A stretch of 64,000 nucleotides of DNA, from IMG/VR virus record IMGVR_UViG_3300031841_003798, positions 1 through 64,000 of that record; one strand, written 5' to 3'. Each line of letters starts with the position of its first letter. Position 1 is the first letter of the stretch. Made by a program: the position numbers and the translations under genes. This DNA comes from a virus. Below are positions 40,301 through 45,777 of the stretch, piece by piece. The notes beneath the pieces were generated by a model that saw only the letters and a program-made list of their open reading frames with translations, did not search any database and was not told the DNA's origin.

Positions 40301-42252
40301 ACTATCCTGCAATTGGTAACCCCTACCACAAAGGGTTTAAAGTGCGAGACAAGTACAAAAATCCTAACTGGAAGGAAGGCGATACCCAACGGCCATTAGA
40401 CCAGTGGAAAAACCCTGCATATGAAAAGCTTTCTGATTTAGAGAAAGAAACTATTTCAGGGCTGCAAAAGGTTATGGGTAAATACTTGCCTCAAGACAGT
40501 CCTTTTATGCAGCAGAACTTAATTCCACAAATTGGAGAGATCAAGGGTAAGTCCTTGAAAGAACATGTTAACCAAGCACTTAAGGTTGAAGGCAAGGAAC
40601 AGCGTCAACGGTTAGATGCTGAGGGTAGGTTTGTTCCTATCAGGAGTGTCGTACCCATCCTTCGTAGGAACAAGAAGGGCGATAAGGTAAATACTAATCT
40701 CCGCGAAAGCATTCCTGAGTTTTTAGATCAGGTCAGTGCGGAGCGTACCAAGAATACGTTGAGTGCTCTTATGCTTGCTACTCGAGATCAACTGGCAGAC
40801 TCAGACTTGGTTACCGGAAAAGGTATTGATGTAGTTGGTTCAGGCAAGCGTACTGAAAAGAAAGAAGCCTTAACTCGTGGTGAGCGTTCGCGTGCTATTC
40901 GTGTGCTCGACCATGCGCTGGAAGGATACTTGGGTCAAGGTTGGACTGACCAAGGTAAGAATGACAAGCGTGTTAAGAAGTTCTTAACCTATACATCGTT
41001 TATGGGTATTGGTCTCAACGTGTCTGCATGGGTAAACAACGTTGCCTATGGTTCACTGCAGCAGCGTCTCGAGACTTTAGGTGGTGCTCAATGGTCTAGA
41101 AAACAAATGCGTCAGGCTCGTCGTAAAGTGCAAGCTGGTTTGTTAGACTTAATTAAAGCTCGCAATAAGAATAGCGTTCCTACTAGTCGTGACGCAGCGC
41201 TGCTAACATTCTTCGATGTTACTATGGACCAACGTGAATTGCCGGACGGTGTTGATACGATCAACAAGCTGTTCGACAAAGCATACTTCGGCCAGACCTA
41301 TGGTGAGATTGTCATGCAAAGCCAGGTAATGCTTGCGCTTATGATGAACACTCAAGTTCGGTTACCTGGAGAGGAAGGTACCATTTCTCTGTATGATGCA
41401 TTAGAGTGGAAAGGCGGTAAAGACATTGTTCTACCTAAAGGCGCAATGATTGTAAAAGCTGACGGGCTTGAGGTTCCGTTGACTCTGCAGGAGTTAGGTG
41501 CGCTTAAGAGCAAGGCTCGCGGTATTCTTCAGCGGATCCACGGTGCATACAACCAAGAAGACATTGGTATGTGGCACCGGAGCACGTTGGGGCAAGTTGT
41601 TTACCAGTTCCGTAAGTGGGTGCCTCAATCCGTTAAACGGCGTTTTGGTAAAGACAGCTTTAATGAGATCCGTGAAGAGCAGGAGGTTGGATACTACCGT
41701 GCTTTGTGGAACGGCGTATTAGCTGGCGCTTTCAAGGACGGTAAGTTTGGTGCATTCTTAGCAGCCTACAATGAAATGTCGGATAAGCCGCATATGCAAG
41801 CAGCTGCGCGTAAGGCTACAATGGAGCTGGGAGCTGCAGTATTCTTGTTTGCCATGACTAATCTACTGGCTTCTTTAGTAGAGCTAGACGATGACGATGA
41901 TGACGAGTTTGCACTCTTAAATGATGAGTACTATAAGGCTAAGCTGTTGTACCATACAGATCGTCTCTACATGGAATTTGCACAATACACGCCAATCGGT
42001 ATTGTCGACTTTGCTAAAAAGTTTGGTAAAGACCCGGCTGCAGCGTGGCGTACAATGATGACTGCAGGCAATGTTGCCGCAGAAGCAACGTATACCGCAT
42101 TTTCTTTTGGAGAGTTACGGACGTTCCAAGGTGGTCGCCACTACGGTGATATCAAGCTGACAAACTATATCGAACGATTGGTCCCTGGTTGGAAGCAATA
42201 CATTCGTATGCGAGATACGGTAGATAGTTACCAGACCTACCGACTGGTTTAA
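28324..42252 (+). CDS. Giant virion RNA polymerase polyprotein with two zincin domains
   Basis: 4642 aa; YRIP..GSDFDVDK catalytic loop (36751); HEAFH (32938) with EERLAE; HEFAH (38755). Confidence 0.9.
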   Translation: MAENINFDSTPATASDRKAAADFTPQADNLQFEGAPRGYEDTEPLAQVSAAQPALKYAPYTQYFGSLNTRDAAAARGQSAGSKLAGGLYQGVVGEVIGGTLQGLGSFGMFADSEENFLYQLGEGLREHTMDATPIFEREAGKAFAFNDVGWWAKNMPSMLSTLSMFIPGAAIGKGAAMLGRAAAASGRAGRILKGVQAAQKADKTVDKAEAAAALAGKEAALAGRMESQAQTIGTALGMRHAENIREAMDIQQQATTDFIESGMSVEEMKGTEAYRAWKAENGDREPTRYDLAKYVGGAAAKRSYAVNSSNLVFDLAQSAMIFKPFKLRTRGAKATTAEAADAAKKLGDKVVKEAKGNRFSRFADRYGEYIGGMASEGVEEAVNFIGSGEGIAYGEQLRGMENEGFQSRLNDYLNDDHLWESAFFGALGGGLFQAVGGAFGKKQNALLKSYEERIKTQKYFAEKIKKAEEKGDVKEVKKLKNQMITNLAMQAAQQGRVDQLIDQLNDEAYIEELAKTGIGTKEELMEQREQIIETVLTAEKHYRTANQWAIDNGMDAFARGEYLKDSIDQQNLLDYVNKRIEEIEEEGNVQQDERSVMAAKKAVLEDLKKRMQGNKVEQEKFKDQFIALQEEVTKYEEKQGKPIDISAANEATYESQALAVLQQSAKDRLAYMKSDAAIVRYNKLGQETAKKQQKKLEKDLLKNISEMENEEQLEDFIKKSRRNKDTKFKEAAERRLKELREQKKVDKKVKTGKSEDSADTTGEEGSSEDDGTTTETGQTTLEFPEDDDQSGATDEEDAPPSGPTRKPLELEPLPALLQRIQQEGEEARDALLAELKQVRVDLTNEKKRIRRAIDAAKKAGKPTATLEANYKQADEEQGKLTKDYIPALRKMEFKEDKTTVTSDGFKAREEGLDESEAKRRERELLEDGGANVFALDLIRAFLPHLTAGKSLFGLPFDEWRLDSSSANVKDGRLVIADEDVEKYKALQAALQGKAKVRIVETDESFGTESSEEASIFSRKEASRVDKIPRKRIDGKVQYKVKRGKERHYAIEVDLGTKKVIIGYVPQATTALKHAASSLSLLKKEEREAALDLLASDITGDRFAMQTMFAMMHTGDFQALEAVDRIITLRRILDRRDGVPLDIDLRQEGRGSLLRPSVDSTVRLGDLHNINTTIEEHGICIMVSEGQDTYLYNLKTGQREARKPYQDGKKGLDSSEGIDYGKGSFFVPIQASDDVNDIIYVRIGDVPLSRIGNGVIEDVLDTLKDQRLSVEERTDALRAVMAVRPNSKELTETQLANITNNHLKNGAIVTPTRTYFVQGGVAIGVYNNKTGEFIATESEAAGVSTVSDAIGQMNFRGTVRDGAQDYSLENDRIAQLVQEVQSPVAPIIDAHGNFIGYRHPITALEQRNPKLYNPDTRQTQATIQVDMSQLVDESTDVVEPEDKKPKGKKKEESSGGVKKTSGKNPFFMTTEVAAESQLDRQATDKEQKQAEEWLDKNLPHVPFRRVRGLITRGGATAYGIWEQGTVQVSDLAVVGTEFHEAFHAVMDTYLPESRKAKILAEADKKYGNPTSKQLAKLKELYPDATASELQDIYLEERLAEAFREYMLSSGLSMAEKSATARFFAELLELIQAMFTGQFRARQLMQQINKGTFAYKPDARTKNYVKKYMAVPGFSALELKELASVLPLALNETLDQVNQYLAAKQEGQEKANEFLDEYYSDPQAAKLKEKVRQIGDAVAARRTEQPETDGESKPLGKKEIAELVLEAAFEEQGGIETLFFWASVNASDKMKEQMDADIDRIRLNKDALVRDMLNRKGVVSALVDTLEADVITGNTDAQQYGGKSMMEVNPKEKIPASVRNLISRTMAMPTVLSEAVIEAMEQNDPEVLRDAVLKHAAQNTFDQFSQFGLPRMLDFNQVYPYLLHHLSTATNYAEMLQRLEDLGRKGNPDMLLLKAKLEDSRTPELVRNQFFVAFKRAKTDEISVTTRNILIGGRSESVTVTDHNKPFPAEAGLAFHNRQTIQSKLDGMSSSQIDAAIKALRDWGTKYVDKPLTVKERKQLRELLRAVGYTTQTPNALNVALMRLPNNALAQIAQQVATSVDLLQSKVDSNDKRAFNILKTVAANVVPADYQSVTVGYRNGAGTTVYSHMLPCYLTEEVDRLRDKTYRTKVMSQDSRLQPGLAWEVMLRDGQQAEFPVYMRFGHYKGKPYTKLTVAQRALYDIATMYPDGGRKNSDSSYIAIPVPSDADNTMLVRSMWLSLSASKRRKELQHIIDVDQNTSDSRLPQTVEELEQKFKQEGIEYLAKIGKSGRNAIKKIAAERSKKENRTVTSEEIAAEMMAAQFHSNWNTAHWIGGAVEEFDNGSTIQMQKRFKQVLSPGTPSFLNEDSDMFVSITFEEPIKEYADDDPRSKEFGAVKRADAQTYVTLAHYRRVMRAHGKLTPAMDAAITKAENREKLTRGERALLRPYKPFYYGRIERGGVRVGVQIKNSLFPLIPLDTEGTELDKLRDFMETNNIDQAQPVTAHKVGRPSNTVKLWTKDNKWDSESAQDFSASVQTLPMAHYRQQVQINDHMMNSDTIGWGTQVSKIIMGGLLSMDSLTIGGKTMTGQEVVDQLKHKENELVRNQIKEIRKRYFTKEGELDEVAIRKLLQSELGDQAASGLRQLLDDVEHGRASITNPHYKGQIALALISLMQKKHKHLQVPGGTQVQVSDLGRDNGVSGDLEGMRIDPKTGKVLPAQVITSRNFLPKKYRNMSIEEIRKVDPEALQMVVYRIPGEGKNSMAVVEVVEFLENGQDGMIVPADFVAQMGSDFDVDKLYINWKSDRSGKNAEIWNEYFDLMKGVLTDPTVFEQEVRKPQGFELLQELAKKRKATARGRQLKTMDGTIDTYLRGNPYSGLSQLQLWEDNMAGVSLKGIAAKANTFWLNVERFGFEVEFETKAGGITKLDPSNVDLAHRQLTAQGVAAAMDGAKDPVYGYLGLNEKNWEFFHDLYMLGMSLEDAIKIASNPQVVAELNFEGDAYLKTDRTDAQKAEDAEAMEVFEAYKKDWQKVLMPLKMLARVGESKLIDMAQAITPVAAGGPRQAELRTVKHNGAEGDGVQDVPILSAHLELTEAIKEIMGGLQIHYFTMKDATGLEFAAHLRGQTYMSADNYLGAAVGDFKRMGKISTLIEEGATQRPQRKQREEGDYSNWNMQDFISYFATEEGQALLEADPDLARVLQHTRLGKEYKAMPAGTRDQFRLINLLPVGLSDAEVANDFSDSWDALLTDSSKHPIASALGTALVEYEAERSGWRYGSDTFSQHLPHSVVMNLTAVDNDTSGNTARLIEALNPNIPQVFRQKEAEAKRGAVKYVDKNGRTRIYLDRYNAVEEKFERGFVILPNSSQHKGFKGLVSLGAIEQALSANIAETKKKSRSVKSVGTEENYDTRKQHLEGVFASAGIRVKVRKDRSIEGAGEVVWDGETGEIKVHPSRMGGDTVIHEFAHIYVELLGYEHPLVQDAIKELRGTALYQEIKELYPNLNQRDLDLEVLVTAMGRKGDKIFNNAKQENRFQTLIRRIIRAIGKVLGVQQDTAKFLAQNMIAGVGLNAKDVKAFKAEQRISKRVNEAKLQEEIVRELGERTREMRELGMTNAEETQMMNEIIEGRRKIANVNVEASKADVVSSVTDFAEDMLERTNAFLDVGPKYLASSRNVAEMTQSDVDFFNSIRQLKQTLSTLEQAVQNFEETEPGDKVLEFKKLKDRIPQVLRNLRDLEREAVNNKLKAQSANLEIREIEENLFDLAANTELSHYMQDSGAATMWLQGMGEQGPVVLQLLKKQIDRVVEGAAMEVRNDKAEVDRILDNYGDAPIENLLDETGQAFISPIRDAYWEERAEAAAAGIDLRLWEAQNNHMPYTNEYYEWLYSKENQEIRQLTRKLNQLKEIKAKRGLTEEEIIQEEVWKKDLEDLRVSNNRWGKFNEHDVDVEGYTAARAKAKKDGTLEQFDQEHPWVLRGSKYYPAIGNPYHKGFKVRDKYKNPNWKEGDTQRPLDQWKNPAYEKLSDLEKETISGLQKVMGKYLPQDSPFMQQNLIPQIGEIKGKSLKEHVNQALKVEGKEQRQRLDAEGRFVPIRSVVPILRRNKKGDKVNTNLRESIPEFLDQVSAERTKNTLSALMLATRDQLADSDLVTGKGIDVVGSGKRTEKKEALTRGERSRAIRVLDHALEGYLGQGWTDQGKNDKRVKKFLTYTSFMGIGLNVSAWVNNVAYGSLQQRLETLGGAQWSRKQMRQARRKVQAGLLDLIKARNKNSVPTSRDAALLTFFDVTMDQRELPDGVDTINKLFDKAYFGQTYGEIVMQSQVMLALMMNTQVRLPGEEGTISLYDALEWKGGKDIVLPKGAMIVKADGLEVPLTLQELGALKSKARGILQRIHGAYNQEDIGMWHRSTLGQVVYQFRKWVPQSVKRRFGKDSFNEIREEQEVGYYRALWNGVLAGAFKDGKFGAFLAAYNEMSDKPHMQAAARKATMELGAAVFLFAMTNLLASLVELDDDDDDEFALLNDEYYKAKLLYHTDRLYMEFAQYTPIGIVDFAKKFGKDPAAAWRTMMTAGNVAAEATYTAFSFGELRTFQGGRHYGDIKLTNYIERLVPGWKQYIRMRDTVDSYQTYRLV

Positions 42253-42459
42253 TTATCTGCTAGCTTGATTGATTAAGATATCCAAATAATGCTTAGCTTT
42301 AAGGAGATCTTGCATGCCATTCTTGCGCTTGTAACGGGTAACGTACTTAATGATGTTGCCCTCTATAAAGCCAATATCATTCGCTAGAATGTAATCAATA
42401 GGTTGGATGGGGAGATCGTAATGGTCTCCCCCAACTTGCTCAGTCTTCTTCGTTTCCAT
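42253..42459 (-). CDS. DUF3310 protein (T7 gp1.7/SaV-like)
   Basis: QVGGDHY..QPIDY..F.EGNIIKYVTR..KNG.QDL.KA.HYL. Confidence 0.85.
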   Translation of the reverse strand: METKKTEQVGGDHYDLPIQPIDYILANDIGFIEGNIIKYVTRYKRKNGMQDLLKAKHYLDILINQASR

Positions 42460-42934
42460 ACCAAATCTGGATTTGCGCTAAGTGACTGTAGTCTAAGTTG
42501 ATCATGTTATTGATTCCCTTAGTGCAGTTCTTGTAAGTGCGCATGTTCTTCTCGTGTGCTGCTTTAGCTTGAGCTTCAGACTTAGCAGCATACACAGTTT
42601 TGCCATCTGGTTTGTAAAGCTTGGTCGTTCGGTTAGCCTCTACTTCTTTCGCATAGTCCAGAGTAGCAAGCGAGTTAGCCCGAGCAAGACTCAGATGACC
42701 GTACCTCTCTTCAGCTATAACAGCAATTCGCTTCTGTCTTTGCTTAGCTCGATCTTCTCGAGCCAAGTTCCATAGCTTCCAATAGAGACGTTCGGCATCT
42801 GTGTCTTGCTTCACGACCAACTGATCTAGGGGCACCAGGCAAGCATCACATATTAAATGGTTAACCCTAGATAGTTCAGTATTGTAATCTCCTTTCCAAT
42901 CTACAGTTGCGATAATTTTATCGAACCAGTTCAT
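42440..42934 (-). CDS. Hypothetical protein
   Basis: 164 aa ORF tightly packed in operon. Confidence 0.6.
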   Translation of the reverse strand: MNWFDKIIATVDWKGDYNTELSRVNHLICDACLVPLDQLVVKQDTDAERLYWKLWNLAREDRAKQRQKRIAVIAEERYGHLSLARANSLATLDYAKEVEANRTTKLYKPDGKTVYAAKSEAQAKAAHEKNMRTYKNCTKGINNMINLDYSHLAQIQIWYGNEED

Positions 42935-42935
42935 C

Positions 42936-43949
42936 TCAAAGTGTGTAGTCTAATTCTTGATCTGTTTCCATATCATCTACCCATTGATCAGTAGAGAAAT
43001 GGTGTTGCAGTCTATGCAACAAGTTTTCAGCTTCAACCCAACCTTTGCTCCACGTATCTTCTTGTACGTAAAACATGCCAGCACGGTTATCTCCTTTGGT
43101 TTCTACTGCACAGATGATCGGCGTGAGTGCAGTGTAACCTTCAATGTTATTTTGCTCTAGCCAGCGATGTGCTGCTTCCGTGTAAAATGCCATCTGTCGA
43201 GCGTAGTGATACTTCTCGAATGACTCGTGAAACTGCCCGAGAGTTTTTGCTGTAGTCTTTAGATCAATAAGCTGAAACGTCTTGTGTTTATGATTTAAAA
43301 ATAGACGGTCAATCTTCGCCTTAAGAGGAAAGCTGTACTCTCGATCTCGCCAATGCACTTCTAACTCATTGTAGAATACACCATCGTCATTGTCCATCTG
43401 TAAAAACATCAAGTCGTAGATGCGCTCGTTCTTATTCATTGATGCAAGGCATCGTTGCATAAGATCGTACTGATCCTGAGTAATGATAAACTTCTCAGTA
43501 CCTCGAATCATATCCCAGTACTCTGAGCCCTGGGACATAATCTTAGTGATACGTGTTTCTTCCTTCCAGTGTCGCCCATATCCTTGACGATCACATGCTG
43601 CGATTACCGCATAAACATGATCCTCCAACGGGCCAACTTCAACTTTATCTCCTGTAACCGCAGCAGCAAGCTCAACACTGGTATGAATATCAGAGTACAT
43701 ATCCTTAAGGATATCTCTGATCTTATCAGGCGTGTTACTCTTGTCGATTTCATACTCACATAAATGAGGTTCCAATACTGCCAAGTGGAGAAGGTTGCCA
43801 AATTCAAGGCTAGAGGTGCGTAAGCTAGGAGCAGTCTTGTCCCAGTGCGCTTTAAAAGTAGAAGGTGTACCACCCTCTGCAGGATTGATGTGTTTCAGGG
43901 AGCTATTGCTAACCCCCTGAACATCATAGTACGGATCGTGTACTAACAT
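42936..43949 (-). CDS. PD-(D/E)xK exonuclease (Exo VIII/DUF3799-like)
   Basis: SNSSLK, FGNLLHLAVLEP, NELEV, KAKIDRL, IDLKTT, Y.RQMAFY; start moved to TAATG overlap at 43949. Confidence 0.85.
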   Translation of the reverse strand: MLVHDPYYDVQGVSNSSLKHINPAEGGTPSTFKAHWDKTAPSLRTSSLEFGNLLHLAVLEPHLCEYEIDKSNTPDKIRDILKDMYSDIHTSVELAAAVTGDKVEVGPLEDHVYAVIAACDRQGYGRHWKEETRITKIMSQGSEYWDMIRGTEKFIITQDQYDLMQRCLASMNKNERIYDLMFLQMDNDDGVFYNELEVHWRDREYSFPLKAKIDRLFLNHKHKTFQLIDLKTTAKTLGQFHESFEKYHYARQMAFYTEAAHRWLEQNNIEGYTALTPIICAVETKGDNRAGMFYVQEDTWSKGWVEAENLLHRLQHHFSTDQWVDDMETDQELDYTL

Positions 43950-44584
43950 TATCTGTTGTGTTTCTTGTAGTTTCGATGATAGACACCATTTAAGTTGTCT
44001 TCTCGAATGCGAGACCAATAGGTAAATTGATCGTCCTTATCGTCTTTGCCTTGCAGCTTAGCTTTAAGCAGTCGCCGGTTATGCAAGCGATCGAATTCAT
44101 CGTACTTAGATAAGTCTAATGCAAAGAATTCTTTGTAGGCCTCCCGGTCAAAAATACTGTCTAAGTATTGAGCACCTGGTACAGTATTGACTAGCAGTGA
44201 AGGAATGTGTCCGCACTCATGAAGCAAGTTGATCAGACCAGCGCGCTCGGGACTATTCTTACGAAGCAGTGCATCTTTCATCTTCTTCATATTGTGGACT
44301 ACAGAAGAATGATCGCGACCATACATCTTACCAATGTCACTATAAGTGTAGCCACCCTTCATCCGTAAGTAGAAGTACATCATCGCTCGTGCCTCAACAA
44401 ACATCATTCGACGATCAGGAGGGTTGCGCAATTCTTCTACTGTAATGCCGTACATCTCGGCAACCACATGTTGTGCAGCTTTATGTTGCATGGCTTTGTT
44501 CTTTGGAGCCCAGCCTGGAATCAGTCGACAAGCAGCGAATGCTTGTTTTTCTGCAGGTAGGCCAGCGTATACGTATGGATTCAT
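43949..44584 (-). CDS. Protein with DnaA domain IV-like HTH
   Basis: VAEMYGITVEEL..R..VEARAM.YF..YSDIGKMYGRDHSSVVH. Confidence 0.75.
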   Translation of the reverse strand: MNPYVYAGLPAEKQAFAACRLIPGWAPKNKAMQHKAAQHVVAEMYGITVEELRNPPDRRMMFVEARAMMYFYLRMKGGYTYSDIGKMYGRDHSSVVHNMKKMKDALLRKNSPERAGLINLLHECGHIPSLLVNTVPGAQYLDSIFDREAYKEFFALDLSKYDEFDRLHNRRLLKAKLQGKDDKDDQFTYWSRIREDNLNGVYHRNYKKHNR

Positions 44585-44590
44585 ATCTGT

Positions 44591-44629
44591 AAAATAAAAG
44601 GGGGAGGGATTTTTAGGCCCCTCCCCCTA
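44591..44629 (-). terminator. Rho-independent terminator after rIIB
   Basis: On - strand AGGGGGAGGG-loop-CCCTCCCCC followed by TTTTATTTT. Confidence 0.8.
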
Positions 44630-44634
44630 TCGGA

Positions 44635-45777
44635 TTAGACAGTAACCATCAGGCGTTCGGCAATAATCTGTCGGACACCATTAGTTACACCTTCGTCCTC
44701 AGCAATGTGAGTGACTTCTTCGAGCATCTTTTCGAGCTCACGCTCTTCCCACGTTTTGTAGTCGATCTCGAAGTACGGGGTGCGGATCTCCTGACCATCA
44801 GTCAAGTCGAGCATGCCATAGGCATAGTACTCACAGACACGCATTTTCATGTAGCTGTAGTCACCAGGGACTGCAACGACATTCATAGGATTCACCAAGC
44901 AAGCAATATAAGCTGCATTGCTACCACCGTAGTTTTGTACGTACTGCGGGGTACCAATGTGCAAACCACGGCTGCAAGCATGGTTAGGGTTGTTGTCACA
45001 CTCGTTCCGAGGCATGCTAACAGTGCCGCCAAGACGGACGTTAGTAGTACCACTGAAGAAGTCAGTGAACTCCGGAGCTTCAACAAGACCATTGTTCTGC
45101 TCTTCAAACATCTCCTGCAGATTGCCTAAGACATTCTCAGGAGCGATGAAGTTACCGTTGTCATCAGTGATAACATCGGTACGAACTGCTTTGAGGTCAC
45201 CACCGTTAGGGTCTTTAACGGCAGTGTAATCAGCAGGGTTCTCCCCTTCTGCCTTAAGCATCAAGTACTCTTTAGGCACAAAGTTGGTGACAGCACTGTA
45301 GGTATTGTTGGTTTGCTTACAAGCGCGGTAACCAATGAAATACCCATTGTCCGTAATCGGGAAGTCATAGTGATCCATGAACTTAAACAGATCCTTACGG
45401 ACATGCTCGTCAGGGTTCAGGAGCAACAACTTCCAGAAGTTGATGAGAGGCGTAATGCTCTTACCCTCGTCAAGCCGGGTCTTCATACGACCAAGCAGTT
45501 CGTCGGGGATAGCATGAGCCTCGTAGCCCTTAAGGAAGAACCTACCACTCTTACGAGTAAGCAGGTCATCCATAGACAGTTTAATGCCAGTATCAAGGTC
45601 TCCAATGAGGGACTGGACATTTACTTCCGTCGGGTTGACAGAAGTTGCTTTTGCACGCTCGAAGAATCCTGCTGCGTCTGCAGTATTGTCGAATTCTTTC
45701 TGGTACATCTGATCGTTAACGATCGTGTGAACCACGTTGTCGTGGCGTAAAACGTGAACGGTGGCGGAATTAGCCAT
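44635..45777 (-). CDS. rIIB: rIIB-like protein
   Basis: LINFWKLLLLNP..LFKF..PITDNGYFIGYR; MPRNECDNNP..CSRGLHIG..VNPMNVVAVP.DY..KMRVCEY. Confidence 0.85.
   Translation of the reverse strand: MANSATVHVLRHDNVVHTIVNDQMYQKEFDNTADAAGFFERAKATSVNPTEVNVQSLIGDLDTGIKLSMDDLLTRKSGRFFLKGYEAHAIPDELLGRMKTRLDEGKSITPLINFWKLLLLNPDEHVRKDLFKFMDHYDFPITDNGYFIGYRACKQTNNTYSAVTNFVPKEYLMLKAEGENPADYTAVKDPNGGDLKAVRTDVITDDNGNFIAPENVLGNLQEMFEEQNNGLVEAPEFTDFFSGTTNVRLGGTVSMPRNECDNNPNHACSRGLHIGTPQYVQNYGGSNAAYIACLVNPMNVVAVPGDYSYMKMRVCEYYAYGMLDLTDGQEIRTPYFEIDYKTWEERELEKMLEEVTHIAEDEGVTNGVRQIIAERLMVTV

Noticed and set aside
28324-42252. Intein or intron in RNAP or replication genes
   Set aside because: No intein terminal motifs or homing endonuclease signatures noticed; catalytic motifs appear contiguous
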